A DNA stretch of 64,000 nt from Terrimicrobiaceae bacterium (GTDB lineage Bacteria; Verrucomicrobiota; Verrucomicrobiia; Chthoniobacterales; Terrimicrobiaceae): assembly GCA_044342325.1 (NCBI GenBank), contig JBIIPZ010000004.1, positions 1-64,000 on the forward strand, in the 5' to 3' direction. The notes below the pieces were generated by a model. That model saw only the letters and a list, made by a program, of their open reading frames with translations, was not told the origin of the DNA and ran no database searches. A program made the position numbers and the translations under genes. This document shows positions 1 to 7,936 of this stretch, in pieces. Every line of letters begins with the position of its first letter. Position 1 is the stretch's first letter.

Positions 1-195
1 GTGGTGGTTTTTGAGAAGTGACGGAGCGGGTCATGGACTGGCTTCATGGGGGTGAGTTTAGGAGAGTGGGCGGTCATGAACAACACAGATGGCTTAGCAC
101 AAAGCAACCAGAATGCAACACCTCAAATAATTGTAACCACGAGAGCGGGGCGTCGGCATCGTGATCCCCTTGATTACGAGCACCCCTATGACTAG

Positions 196-1077
196 ATGCG
201 GCGCTACGCGGAACTACTTGCCCTGAAGTATGATTGCGCGCGCACCCGGCACAGTTATTACCGCGCCATGCGGGTTCTGCACGAGCATTTCCAGGCCGAT
301 CCAGCCACGCTGGGGGAGGATCAGTTCCGCGACTACATTTTGCATGTGAAGACCCGCAAGCACTGGAAGCCCCAGACCATTCGCCAGACAGTGGCCTGCG
401 CCCGGATTTTCTTTACCGAGATGCTGGGCCATGCGGAATGGAAGGTATTTTCCCAGATTCGCACGAGGGATCATGAGGAACTGCCTGCTGTGCTTACGCG
501 CGAGCAGGTTCACAGGCTCCTGGGTGCCATTCGGTTGCGGCGTTATCGCATTCCGGTCAAATTGATTTACTGTGCTGGCCTGCGGCTCTCGGAATGCCTC
601 TCACTCACGATTCATGACATCCTCGGCGACGAGGGCAAGATCATGGTGCGGGATGGCAAAGGCGGTAAGGACCGCATGGTGCCGGTGGCTCCCGAGATGC
701 TGGAGGATTTGCGCCGCTACTGGAAGTTTCATCGTCACCCGCTGCTTCTTTTCCCCAATGCGGGGCGCGGTCCGTGCGATCCGGGGAAGCTGGCCACGCG
801 CATGAAGTTGGCAAGGTCGCCGATACCCTTGGGGTCGCTTCAGCGCTTGGTGGTTGTGGCTCGCAAGGGCCTTGGCATTCCCGATGCCACCGCGCACTCA
901 TTGCGTCATAGTTTTGCCACTCATCTCATTGAAGCGGGAGCCAGCCTGCATACGGTGCAGTCTTTGCTTGGGCACAAGCAGATCACGACCACCATGATCT
1001 ACCTCCATGTGACCCATCGCAGCGATCAGGATAGTCGCAAGCTCGTTGAAAAACTGACCGCCGGCCTGCCGAGGTAA
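196..1077 (+). CDS. Tyrosine recombinase (SAM-like N-domain plus Xer-type catalytic domain); possibly N-terminally truncated by an in-frame TAG at 193-195
   Basis: Motifs [29 protein letters not shown] and TMIY give the full R-K-H-R-H-Y set. An in-frame ATG at 76 has GGAGAG upstream. Confidence 0.93.
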   Translation: MRRYAELLALKYDCARTRHSYYRAMRVLHEHFQADPATLGEDQFRDYILHVKTRKHWKPQTIRQTVACARIFFTEMLGHAEWKVFSQIRTRDHEELPAVLTREQVHRLLGAIRLRRYRIPVKLIYCAGLRLSECLSLTIHDILGDEGKIMVRDGKGGKDRMVPVAPEMLEDLRRYWKFHRHPLLLFPNAGRGPCDPGKLATRMKLARSPIPLGSLQRLVVVARKGLGIPDATAHSLRHSFATHLIEAGASLHTVQSLLGHKQITTTMIYLHVTHRSDQDSRKLVEKLTAGLPR

Positions 1078-1100
1078 CCCCGTTAACCTCACGCGACCCC

Positions 1101-2236
1101 ATGGCCTTTGCAGGCACTGTGATTGGGGCGCTGCGCCGTTTTTTACCCGATTTCCTGCGGGTGCATCCTGTGGGGGATCGGGCACGGCGGCGCGCCGTCT
1201 GGGCGCTCACCCATTGTCGCATGGCGACGATGGGCGGGCATGTCCATGCCTGCGAAAAATGCGGAACTACGCACTTTGCATTTCATTCCTGCAACCATCG
1301 CTCTTGTCCACAGTGCGGCGCACAGGACACCGCCGAGTGGGTCGAGCGCGAGCTCGCCAAGCGCATTGGCGCTCCCTACTTTATGGTTACCTTCACCTTG
1401 CCTCAGGAGCTTCGGCCTCTGTTTTTTACTCCATCGGCCAAGGCGATCCACGAGGTCTTTTTTGCGGCAGCCTCGGAGGCACTTTCCGCCACCCTTGCCA
1501 ATCCCCGCTGGCTGGGCGCCCGGCGCAGCGGGTTTACCATGATCCTGCACACATGGAACCAGCGCCTTCATTTCATCCTCACATTCATTGCATCGTTCCG
1601 GGAGCGGGGTTCGATCGCGAGGGCCACGTGGTGCGAGTCAAAAGCCCTGGGTTCCTTGTGCCGCAGCCCGTGCTCCGTGCGACATTCCGGCATCTCTTTG
1701 AGCAAAAGCTTTATGCTCTGCGCCAACGCCCGGAACAGGCCGCCCTTCCCGGCGTGGAACCCTCCGTCTGGAAAAAAGATTGGGGCGTGCATCTTCAACC
1801 CTTCGGCTACGGCCAACGCATCATCCAGTATTTGGGCAGGTATGTTTGCCGCACAGCCATCTCCGACGCCCGCATCCTGGCTGTCAGCGAAACGACGGTC
1901 ACCTTTTCGTGGAAAGACCGCGCCAATGGCAACGCCAAGCGAACCGAAACCATTTCGGGCGTCGAGTTTGTTTCCCGCTACCTGCGCCATGTCCTGCCCA
2001 TCGGCCTGCGCGCCATCCGCCGCTACGGCTACTGCCATCCCGCCGCCAAACTCCAACGCGAACGCCTCGCCTTCCACACCGGTATCCCGCTCAACCTTGA
2101 CGCGGAAGAACCACCCGCCCCCAAACCCGCCCCCGTTTGTCCCTGCTGCAAACAGGAAATGGCACCCCTCGAGCGAATCCTCGCCCGCTGGAAAATGGGA
2201 CGCGACCCGCCCCGGGACACCCCATGCGCGACATGA
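1101..2236 (+). pseudogene. IS91-family rolling-circle transposase, frameshifted near 1571-1573
   Basis: The frame starting at 1101 has the Zn-binding domain (CEKC...SCNHRSCPQC) and HTWNQRLHF. The HUH motif HPHIH, Y2 motif YLGRY and HVLP...IRRYG continue in the frame ending at 2236. One T appears to be missing in CATTTCATCCT. Confidence 0.9.
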
Positions 2237-2509
2237 CGCTCCACTTCAAGCGGTTCCAAAATAGACGGCTTATTTCAAAATCACGGATCAAGCCCCGCAG
2301 CTTCGTGGACAAAAACATTCAAAAGCTCAGCGGAGACAGGAAATGGCCAGCGCCGAACTGGCCTTGGAGGCTGAAAACACCTTGCCTTCGTCTTTCGAAA
2401 GCGACCGACGAGGCAACTTTCCAAGCCCAACCAGCTTGCCCTCCACTCCCCAGAGTCCCGTTTCAAACATAAACCGCATACGCCCCGCCCCCCCTTACAA
2501 ACCGGGCTT

Positions 2510-2573
2510 GTTCAACCATGGGTGCAGTCGGAGGGCTCGTGCCTCGCCTCCGCTACACCCTTAAACGTTCGGC
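2510..2573 (+). other. attC-like recombination site (folded ssDNA type)
   Basis: GTTCAAC (RYYYAAC) at 2510-2516; arm GGGTGCAG-T-CGGAGG at 2520-2534 pairs with CCTCCG-CTACACCC at 2547-2560 with one unpaired base; TTAAAC spacer; GTTCGGC at 2567-2573. The C/A mismatch becomes G-T on the bottom strand. Confidence 0.7.
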
Positions 2574-2576
2574 TCT

Positions 2577-2930
2577 TTAGAGATCACGGAATTCATACTT
2601 GAGCTTGAGTGAACCACCAGATGCGGTGCCAGCAAGATAGCGCACTTCTGCTTGGTCTGCATACCAATCCCCACCCCACTCAAAACTCACCGCTCCGCTG
2701 ACCATTTCCTTTTTGTAGACCGCACCATTCAAGATCAACTGGAGTTCTCCTTTTCCAGCTATCGAACCTCTGACTGCTATTGAGATGCCGACAATTCCCC
2801 TTTGGCCCGACTGCTTCTTCAAAATGATCGTCTCGTTTTTGGTAACGTCTTTCACGCTGACTTCGTGGCGTGCACAACCTGGAAGGCAGACGATTCCGAT
2901 CATGCCTAGTAAAACGAGGAGCCGCTTCAT
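2577..2930 (-). CDS. Hypothetical lipoprotein in an integron-style gene cassette
   Basis: Signal peptide with lipobox LPGC; more AT-rich than the flanks. On the - strand GTTCGGC lies 5 nt before the ATG and GCCGAAC 3 nt after the stop. Confidence 0.8.
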   Translation of the reverse strand: MKRLLVLLGMIGIVCLPGCARHEVSVKDVTKNETIILKKQSGQRGIVGISIAVRGSIAGKGELQLILNGAVYKKEMVSGAVSFEWGGDWYADQAEVRYLAGTASGGSLKLKYEFRDL

Positions 2931-2935
2931 TTTAT

Positions 2936-2965
2936 GCCGAACGTTGTTTGGTCACACAAATTTCT
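2936..2965 (-). other. Putative attI-like cassette insertion site
   Basis: The - strand reads ...AAATTTGTGTGACCAAACAAC-GTTCGGC-ATAAA-ATG. The core site has no attC hairpin upstream and sits between a promoter and the first cassette. Confidence 0.45.
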
Positions 2966-3028
2966 TGCTTATCAGTTAAGTCACGAAAAAAAGTGGAGCC
3001 TTAGCTTTTTGTTTATTTGTGTATCCTG

Positions 3029-3057
3029 ATAATATCAAGACCAATTGATATGCTCAA
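3029..3057 (-). promoter_or_regulatory. sigma70-type promoter directed at the cassette (Pc-like)
   Basis: The - strand reads TTGAGC-17 nt-TATTAT with an extended -10 TG (TGA-TATTAT) in an AT-rich intergenic region. Confidence 0.6.
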
Positions 3058-3086
3058 GCTTATGAATGCGTCTGGAGGGTGAGCGA

Positions 3087-3515
3087 TCAGGATCCGCAGC
3101 CGCCGTGGCCACAGCCGCAGGAGTGGCTGGAAGCGGCGGGGGCGGGTTCGAATTCCTCCGCTGAGTCGATGCGGATGGTTTCGATGGTGATTTGTTGGAG
3201 GGAGAGTTGGTCTTTGGCTTGGTTGAGGAACCCGAGAGTTAGGGGATCGGGTTGGTGGCGGGTGCGGAGTTGGACTTCGACAGGCTTGCCGACGAATTGG
3301 GGGAATGCCTCGGCCATTTCGCCGTCGAGGATGAAGGAGGCGTAGGCGTTGAGTTTTTCCTGAAGCTGGAGGATGTGCGCTTCGTCGCCGGTCCACGGAC
3401 GCGTCTCATACATCGCAAGCACGAGCGTGTCGCGGCGTTTGTCGTGGGCGAAGGCGTCGAGGACGGCGGGGTGCTCGAGGCCCATCGGACGGCGGGGCGT
3501 AGTGGTGGTGCTCAT
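3087..3515 (-). CDS. DUF6572-like hypothetical protein
   Basis: Motif LQEKLNAYASFILDGEM; Cys/Gly/His-rich C-terminal tail (SHSCGCGHGGCGS). Confidence 0.65.
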   Translation of the reverse strand: MSTTTTPRRPMGLEHPAVLDAFAHDKRRDTLVLAMYETRPWTGDEAHILQLQEKLNAYASFILDGEMAEAFPQFVGKPVEVQLRTRHQPDPLTLGFLNQAKDQLSLQQITIETIRIDSAEEFEPAPAASSHSCGCGHGGCGS

Positions 3516-3520
3516 TTTGG

Positions 3521-3614
3521 GAAGTTTTAAGAATTAAGAATCGTAGCGGAGCGGAGAAAGACTGCCGGAGGCAGCCCGAAGGGTGAAATGAAATTTCATC
3601 AATAAAGTTTTAAG
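3521..3614. repeat. Short structured intergenic element flanked by AAGTTTTAAG repeats
   Basis: AAGTTTTAAG at both ends with AAGAATT-type heptamers; internal hairpins CTGCC-GGA-GGCAG and TGAAAT-GAA-ATTTCA. Confidence 0.4.
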
Positions 3615-3647
3615 CAACCCACGGGCGCTGCATGCTTCGAGGGAAAA

Positions 3648-3778
3648 TAACCACGGAGGACACGGAGAGCACGGAGTAGAGAAGGAGTTTGCAGCAGATT
3701 GTGATCTGCGGAAAGCAGGAGAGAAACTTTGTTTCAGCTTCTAATAACCCTCCGTGCTCTCTGTGTCCTCTGTGGTTA
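3648..3778. repeat. 29-bp inverted repeat built from 9-nt CACGGAGnn units (REP/MITE-like)
   Basis: TAACCACGGAGGACACGGAGAGCACGGAG (3648-3676) versus CTCCGTGCTCTCTGTGTCCTCTGTGGTTA (3750-3778); 2 mismatches, both G-U compatible. Confidence 0.8.
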
Positions 3779-3820
3779 AATAAGATGCTTTTGGGTAACA
3801 TTATAAAAGCTGTTGGCGAA

Positions 3821-4255
3821 TCAAGCGGATTTGGGGAACCACTGGTAGAGCATGAAGTAAATGAGGACGCCGGTGACGGAGACGTAGAACCAGAGGGGGA
3901 ATGTCCAGCGGGCCCAGGCGCGGTGTTTTTCGAAGCGGCCTTTGATGGCGTGCGTCATGGTCACTAAAATGAGGGGGACGATGACGATGGCCAAAATGAT
4001 GTGGGAAATGAGCATTCCGTAGTAGAGGGGCTTCCAGAAGCCTTCGCCGCCGAAGGGGGTGTGGACACCTTGGACCAGAATCTTGTGCAGCACATAGGTG
4101 ATGAGGAAGACGCAGGAGACACAGAAAGCGCCGACCATGCAGTTCCGGTGGGCGATTTTGCGCTCGGTTTTGATGAAGAGGAACCCGGCGGCGAGGAGGA
4201 GGGTGGAAATGGTATTGAGGCCGGCATTGAGCGCCGGCAGGTCAGAAACGCTCAT
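3821..4255 (-). CDS. DUF420 family membrane protein (oxidase-associated)
   Basis: LPALNAGLN, HRNCM, HIILA, HRAWARWTFPLWFYVSVTG; last gene of the cox operon. Confidence 0.88.
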   Translation of the reverse strand: MSVSDLPALNAGLNTISTLLLAAGFLFIKTERKIAHRNCMVGAFCVSCVFLITYVLHKILVQGVHTPFGGEGFWKPLYYGMLISHIILAIVIVPLILVTMTHAIKGRFEKHRAWARWTFPLWFYVSVTGVLIYFMLYQWFPKSA

Positions 4256-4497
4256 GGGACCTTGTTGCTGCGGTCGAGCTTACGGCAAGTATCGGCGATG
4301 TAATAGGTGAGTCCAGCGACGATAAGGCCGACGATGGCGAGCATGCCGACGACTCCCCACGAGAGCGCGATGCCTGCGGTGACGGTTTGGGGTTCATCGG
4401 GGCCGCCAGCACCGGGTTGCCGGCAACCAACGCACGCGGCGGCTTCGGGCAGACGGGTGAGAAAAAAGAAAACGATCAGAGCGGTGAGGTTTTTCAT
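4252..4497 (-). CDS. Small membrane protein with CxxC (cox-cluster accessory)
   Basis: Signal-like N-terminus, ACVGC and one TM helix; 4-bp overlap with the DUF420 gene. Confidence 0.65.
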   Translation of the reverse strand: MKNLTALIVFFFLTRLPEAAACVGCRQPGAGGPDEPQTVTAGIALSWGVVGMLAIVGLIVAGLTYYIADTCRKLDRSNKVP

Positions 4498-4574
4498 TTT
4501 TTAAAAAAGATGTTCAGAATTTCTACGAGCCGGCGGTCAGGGAAGTTGGATTTTTTTGTCTCGGCAGTCTGAGT

Positions 4575-5234
4575 TCACTCGTTGCGGGTTTGCGTGGCCG
4601 AAGGTTTTTCGCGCAGGAGTTCTCCGATGTCCACCATGAGCTTTTGAACGGCTTCGGGATCGAGGCCGTCATGGTATCCGCGCAGCCAGCCTTTGCCATC
4701 GACAAGCACGATCCGACTGGAGTGGGCGGGCGTGCCATCGGGTTCCTTGGCGAGGGGTTGCAGGAGTCCTGTGACAACGATCTTTTGGATGGCGTCGGGT
4801 GTGCCGGTAAGGAATTTCCAAGAGGCGGGGTCCGCGCCCAGAGGCTCGCTGAAGGCTTTGAGGATTTCAGGCGTGTCGTATTCCGGATCGACGGTGAAGG
4901 TCACGAGTTCCACATTGCCGCGCACTTTTTTGAGCTTGGTATTGAGGTCCTGCATCCGGAGCACGGTGATCGGGCAGGGGCCTTTGCAGCGGGTGAAGAT
5001 GAAATTTGCGGCCCAGATTTTTCCCTTGAGATCCTCGAGCGTGATGGATTTTCCGGTTTGGTCGGTGAGTTGGAACGCCGGAACTTGAGAGATTTTCTCA
5101 AGGTTTGACGGGAGTGAAGGGGGGCGGGTGGATTTCAGGTTCACATAAGCGAGCCCAATAAGACCCGCCGCCACGAGAAATGCCACGACCCATCCGATGC
5201 GCGGTATGCCGGGCCGCGCGGGGATTTCAGACAT
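4575..5234 (-). CDS. SCO family copper chaperone
   Basis: FTRCKGPCP (CxxxC), TVDPEYDT and HS motif; N-terminal TM anchor; start taken at MSEIP. Confidence 0.92.
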   Translation of the reverse strand: MSEIPARPGIPRIGWVVAFLVAAGLIGLAYVNLKSTRPPSLPSNLEKISQVPAFQLTDQTGKSITLEDLKGKIWAANFIFTRCKGPCPITVLRMQDLNTKLKKVRGNVELVTFTVDPEYDTPEILKAFSEPLGADPASWKFLTGTPDAIQKIVVTGLLQPLAKEPDGTPAHSSRIVLVDGKGWLRGYHDGLDPEAVQKLMVDIGELLREKPSATQTRNE

Positions 5235-5850
5235 AATAAAGCAGTGCCAACACGAATAGCCACACGACATCCACAAAGTGCCAGTAGAGGGCGACATTGT
5301 TCAGAGCGATGTGGTGGGACGGGGTGAAGCAGCGGGTGAAGAGCTGGCGGAGGAAGCACCAGACGATGAGAAGAACGCCGATGATCACATGGAGACCGTG
5401 GAATCCTGTGATCACAAAAAAGCTGGAGCCATAGACGCCGCCGGTGTTGAACCACAGGCCTTCGTGGTGGAGATGCCACCATTCGTAGCACTGCACGCCG
5501 ACGAACAGGGAGCCGAGGGCGATCGTGACAAAGAGCCAACTCAGGCCGGATTTGCCTTTTTGAACGGCCACTTCCGCCATGTGGAATGTGCAACTGCTGG
5601 CGATGAGAAAGACGGTATTGATCGAGGTGAGCAGAACCGGAAGGTGGGCAATGTCCTTGCTCGGGGGCCAGGCGTGGCCTGCCTGCCAGGGGAAGCCGTT
5701 CTCTGCCCAGCGGAGGATGAAGTAGCCGCCGAGAAGCCCGGCGAAGAGCATGCCCTCGGATATCAGGAACATGATCATGCCGAATTTGGCTGTGGCTGGC
5801 GGTGCGCCGTGATGCTCGTGGGAATCGTGTGTAAGGGCTGCTGTGGACAT
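5227..5850 (-). CDS. ctaE: Cytochrome c oxidase subunit III
   Basis: FLISEGMLF, TGFHGLHV, YWHFVDVVW. Confidence 0.93.
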   Translation of the reverse strand: MSTAALTHDSHEHHGAPPATAKFGMIMFLISEGMLFAGLLGGYFILRWAENGFPWQAGHAWPPSKDIAHLPVLLTSINTVFLIASSCTFHMAEVAVQKGKSGLSWLFVTIALGSLFVGVQCYEWWHLHHEGLWFNTGGVYGSSFFVITGFHGLHVIIGVLLIVWCFLRQLFTRCFTPSHHIALNNVALYWHFVDVVWLFVLALLYYV

Positions 5851-5875
5851 GGTTGGTTGTTTTTTTAAAAAGGGA

Positions 5876-5995
5876 TCACGGACTTGTCAACGGACCGCGA
5901 ATGTTCATGAGTATCAGAACCAGTGCGCAGAGGGAAATAGCAAAAAGCCAAAGGAGGGCCATGACGATCGCGTTGCGAGAGGTTGGTTTTTTCAT
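5876..5995 (-). CDS. 39-aa single-TM protein (not in ORF track)
   Basis: MKKPTSRNAIVMALLWLFAISLCALVLILMNIRGPLTSP*; its ATG overlaps the ctaB stop (ATGA) and it fills the ctaB-ctaE gap. Confidence 0.6.
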   Translation of the reverse strand: MKKPTSRNAIVMALLWLFAISLCALVLILMNIRGPLTSP

Positions 5996-6882
5996 CTCTT
6001 TGTTGCAACGAGGAGGCCCAAGAGGAGCGGCAGGTAGATGATGGAGGCGAAGAAAAGATTCCGCGCCGCACTGCGGGTCCTCTGGGTGATGAAGCGCACC
6101 GCGAAGGCGGTGAAGGCAAGCCCGAGCGCCAGCGCGCCGAGGAAGTAGATCGTCGAATTGAAGCCGAGCATCGAGGGCAGCAAAGTCACAGGCACGAGAA
6201 AGAGGGTGTAAAGAAGAGCCTGGCGTGAGGTCAAGCGGCCCTCGGGGTCGTTAGCAGTGAGCATCACGAATCCGCCGTCGGCGTAGTCGTCCTTATACAT
6301 CCAGGCGATGGCCAGAAAGTGCGGCATCTGCCAGAACCAGAGCGTGGCGAAGAGGAGGCAGCCTTCGATATTGTAGTTTCCACGGGCGGCCACCCAGCCG
6401 ATGAGTGGCGGGAGGGCTCCGGGGATCGCGCCGACGAGCGTGTTCAGCGAGCTGATGCGCTTCATCGGCGTGTAAACGAAGATGTAGATCGCGATAGTGG
6501 CGAAGGCGAGGAAGGCGGCGCGATGGTTTGTGAAGAGTGCGAGGATGGCGATACCGCTCAGGGAAAAGAAAATGCCGAAGAGGAGGGCGTCCTGCGGTTG
6601 CATGCGGCGAGCGGGAAGCGGGCGTCCGCGTGTGCGCTTCATGCGGCTGTCGATGTCTCGTTCCCACCATTGGTTCAGAGCGGCGGCTCCACCCGCGCAG
6701 AGCGCCGTGCCGAGAAGCGTGGCTGTGAGGAGAACCCAGTCGAACGGCCCGCGCCAGCCGAGGAGGAAGCCTACGAGCGTGGTGATGAGGACGAGAAAGG
6801 AAAGGCGTGCCTTCACCAACTCAAGCACATCGTCGAGCAGGGCGTTTTTTCGTTCCTCTGGAAGGGCGGCAGCGCTCTTCAT
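5992..6882 (-). CDS. ctaB: Protoheme IX farnesyltransferase (heme O synthase)
   Basis: NQWWERDIDSRMKRTRGRPLP, YTPMKR, WQMPHF, YKDDY. Confidence 0.95.
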   Translation of the reverse strand: MKSAAALPEERKNALLDDVLELVKARLSFLVLITTLVGFLLGWRGPFDWVLLTATLLGTALCAGGAAALNQWWERDIDSRMKRTRGRPLPARRMQPQDALLFGIFFSLSGIAILALFTNHRAAFLAFATIAIYIFVYTPMKRISSLNTLVGAIPGALPPLIGWVAARGNYNIEGCLLFATLWFWQMPHFLAIAWMYKDDYADGGFVMLTANDPEGRLTSRQALLYTLFLVPVTLLPSMLGFNSTIYFLGALALGLAFTAFAVRFITQRTRSAARNLFFASIIYLPLLLGLLVATKR

Positions 6883-7931
6883 GCGGTGCGCGCGAATTCA
6901 GAAACAGGGGGGCGGTCAGGAACAATAAAACGGCCGGCCTCGGTGCCGCGCCAGAGACGGAAGGAAAACACAACGCCGACGATGAGTGAGAGGGCGCCGA
7001 GCGCCATGTGCGCGGTGGCGACATCCGCTGCTTTGTCCGACCAGATCGTCCAGGCTCCCAGCACGACCTGTGCAATGATCATGACGAGCCAGATTGTGGC
7101 CCACAGGCGGGCGGAGCGGGCAATAGGATTTGAAAACGCCCGCCACGCCACGGCGGTGACGGCGAAAAGAATAATGACGGCAACCGCCCGGTGCGCCATT
7201 TGAATCCAGATGTGCAGAGCGTTGGTGGGAACCTTGTCATCAGCCACGCGGGCTTCGTTGATCGAAGCAATCGCCGCCGCAGAGGTGTCAGGCAGGATTT
7301 TTCCGTAGGCGAGCGGAAAGTCGGGGATTGAGAGTCCGGCATGCTCATGGCGCATCGTGGCTCCGAGGCCGAGTTGGAGGAAAATGAGCGCGGTAGAGGC
7401 CACGGCCAGTTTCTTCAATGAGGTGTCCGGCAGGAAAAAGTCCCAGTTGCCACGCGCAAAACGCGGACTGGTTGCGATTGTGAGGACGCCCAAAAGGCAG
7501 AAGAACGACTGCGCCAACATGGCGTGGAAGATGCCGATCTCGTCTTTGAAGAGGGTCACGCGGAGTCCACCGAGCAGGCCTTGGATGCAGACGGCGAGGA
7601 AGGCGATGATACCGAGATTTTTCACCCAGCGACGCGGTTCCACAGAGAGTAGCGCGGCGGCAAGGATCATGGTCATTAAGCCCACCCACGAGGCGATGAG
7701 GCGATGCCCGTGCTCGTAGAAAATGCCTCCAACCCACCCAGAGAGGGGAAAAAGGAACATGTTGTAACCGTAGGTGGTTGGCCAATCGGGCACAGTCATT
7801 CCAGCTCCTTTGGATGTAACGATCCCCCCGCTGCAGAGCAGGATAAAGGTCGAAACCAAAGTGAGGACAGCCCAAATGTGGATTGCCACGCGACGGAAGC
7901 TTAAGGATGTGTTTGATCCATCCATAAACAT
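6879..7931 (-). CDS. ctaA: Heme A synthase (COX15/CtaA)
   Basis: GGIVTSKGAG..PDWP, EHGHR, QGLLGG, H, QMAHR; multi-TM. Start may be 7925. Confidence 0.9.
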   Translation of the reverse strand: MFMDGSNTSLSFRRVAIHIWAVLTLVSTFILLCSGGIVTSKGAGMTVPDWPTTYGYNMFLFPLSGWVGGIFYEHGHRLIASWVGLMTMILAAALLSVEPRRWVKNLGIIAFLAVCIQGLLGGLRVTLFKDEIGIFHAMLAQSFFCLLGVLTIATSPRFARGNWDFFLPDTSLKKLAVASTALIFLQLGLGATMRHEHAGLSIPDFPLAYGKILPDTSAAAIASINEARVADDKVPTNALHIWIQMAHRAVAVIILFAVTAVAWRAFSNPIARSARLWATIWLVMIIAQVVLGAWTIWSDKAADVATAHMALGALSLIVGVVFSFRLWRGTEAGRFIVPDRPPVSEFARTA

Positions 7932-7936
7932 GCCGG

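Larger units (their letters stand above)
1..2573 (+). mobile_element. IS91-like element carrying a tyrosine recombinase and an HUH (Y2) transposase; right end at an attC-like hairpin, left end not visible
   Basis: Tandem recombinase and IS91-type transposase ORFs 23 bp apart, then a non-coding tail ending GGGCTTGTTCAAC plus a hairpin. This two-gene layout is known in a subset of IS91-family elements. Confidence 0.8.

Noticed and set aside
193..195. Pyrrolysine or other recoding of the TAG
   Set aside because: No pyl genes are in the window and TAG is used as a normal stop elsewhere (fabH, hisG).
196..1077. Calling the recombinase an integron integrase (intI)
   Set aside because: It lacks the IntI-specific insertion before LFP, is paired with an IS91-type transposase, and is not adjacent to the attI-like site.
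1560..1600. Programmed -1 frameshift in the transposase
   Set aside because: No X-XXY-YYZ slippery heptamer at the switch point; a simple 1-bp deletion explains it.
2460..2490. oriIS-like nick motif (AAACCGCATACGCCC)
   Set aside because: Only loosely similar to recalled IS91/ISCR termini; needs an alignment of homologous elements.
3648..3778. CRISPR array
   Set aside because: The repeats are inverted and 9-nt periodic with no unique spacers; no cas genes are present.
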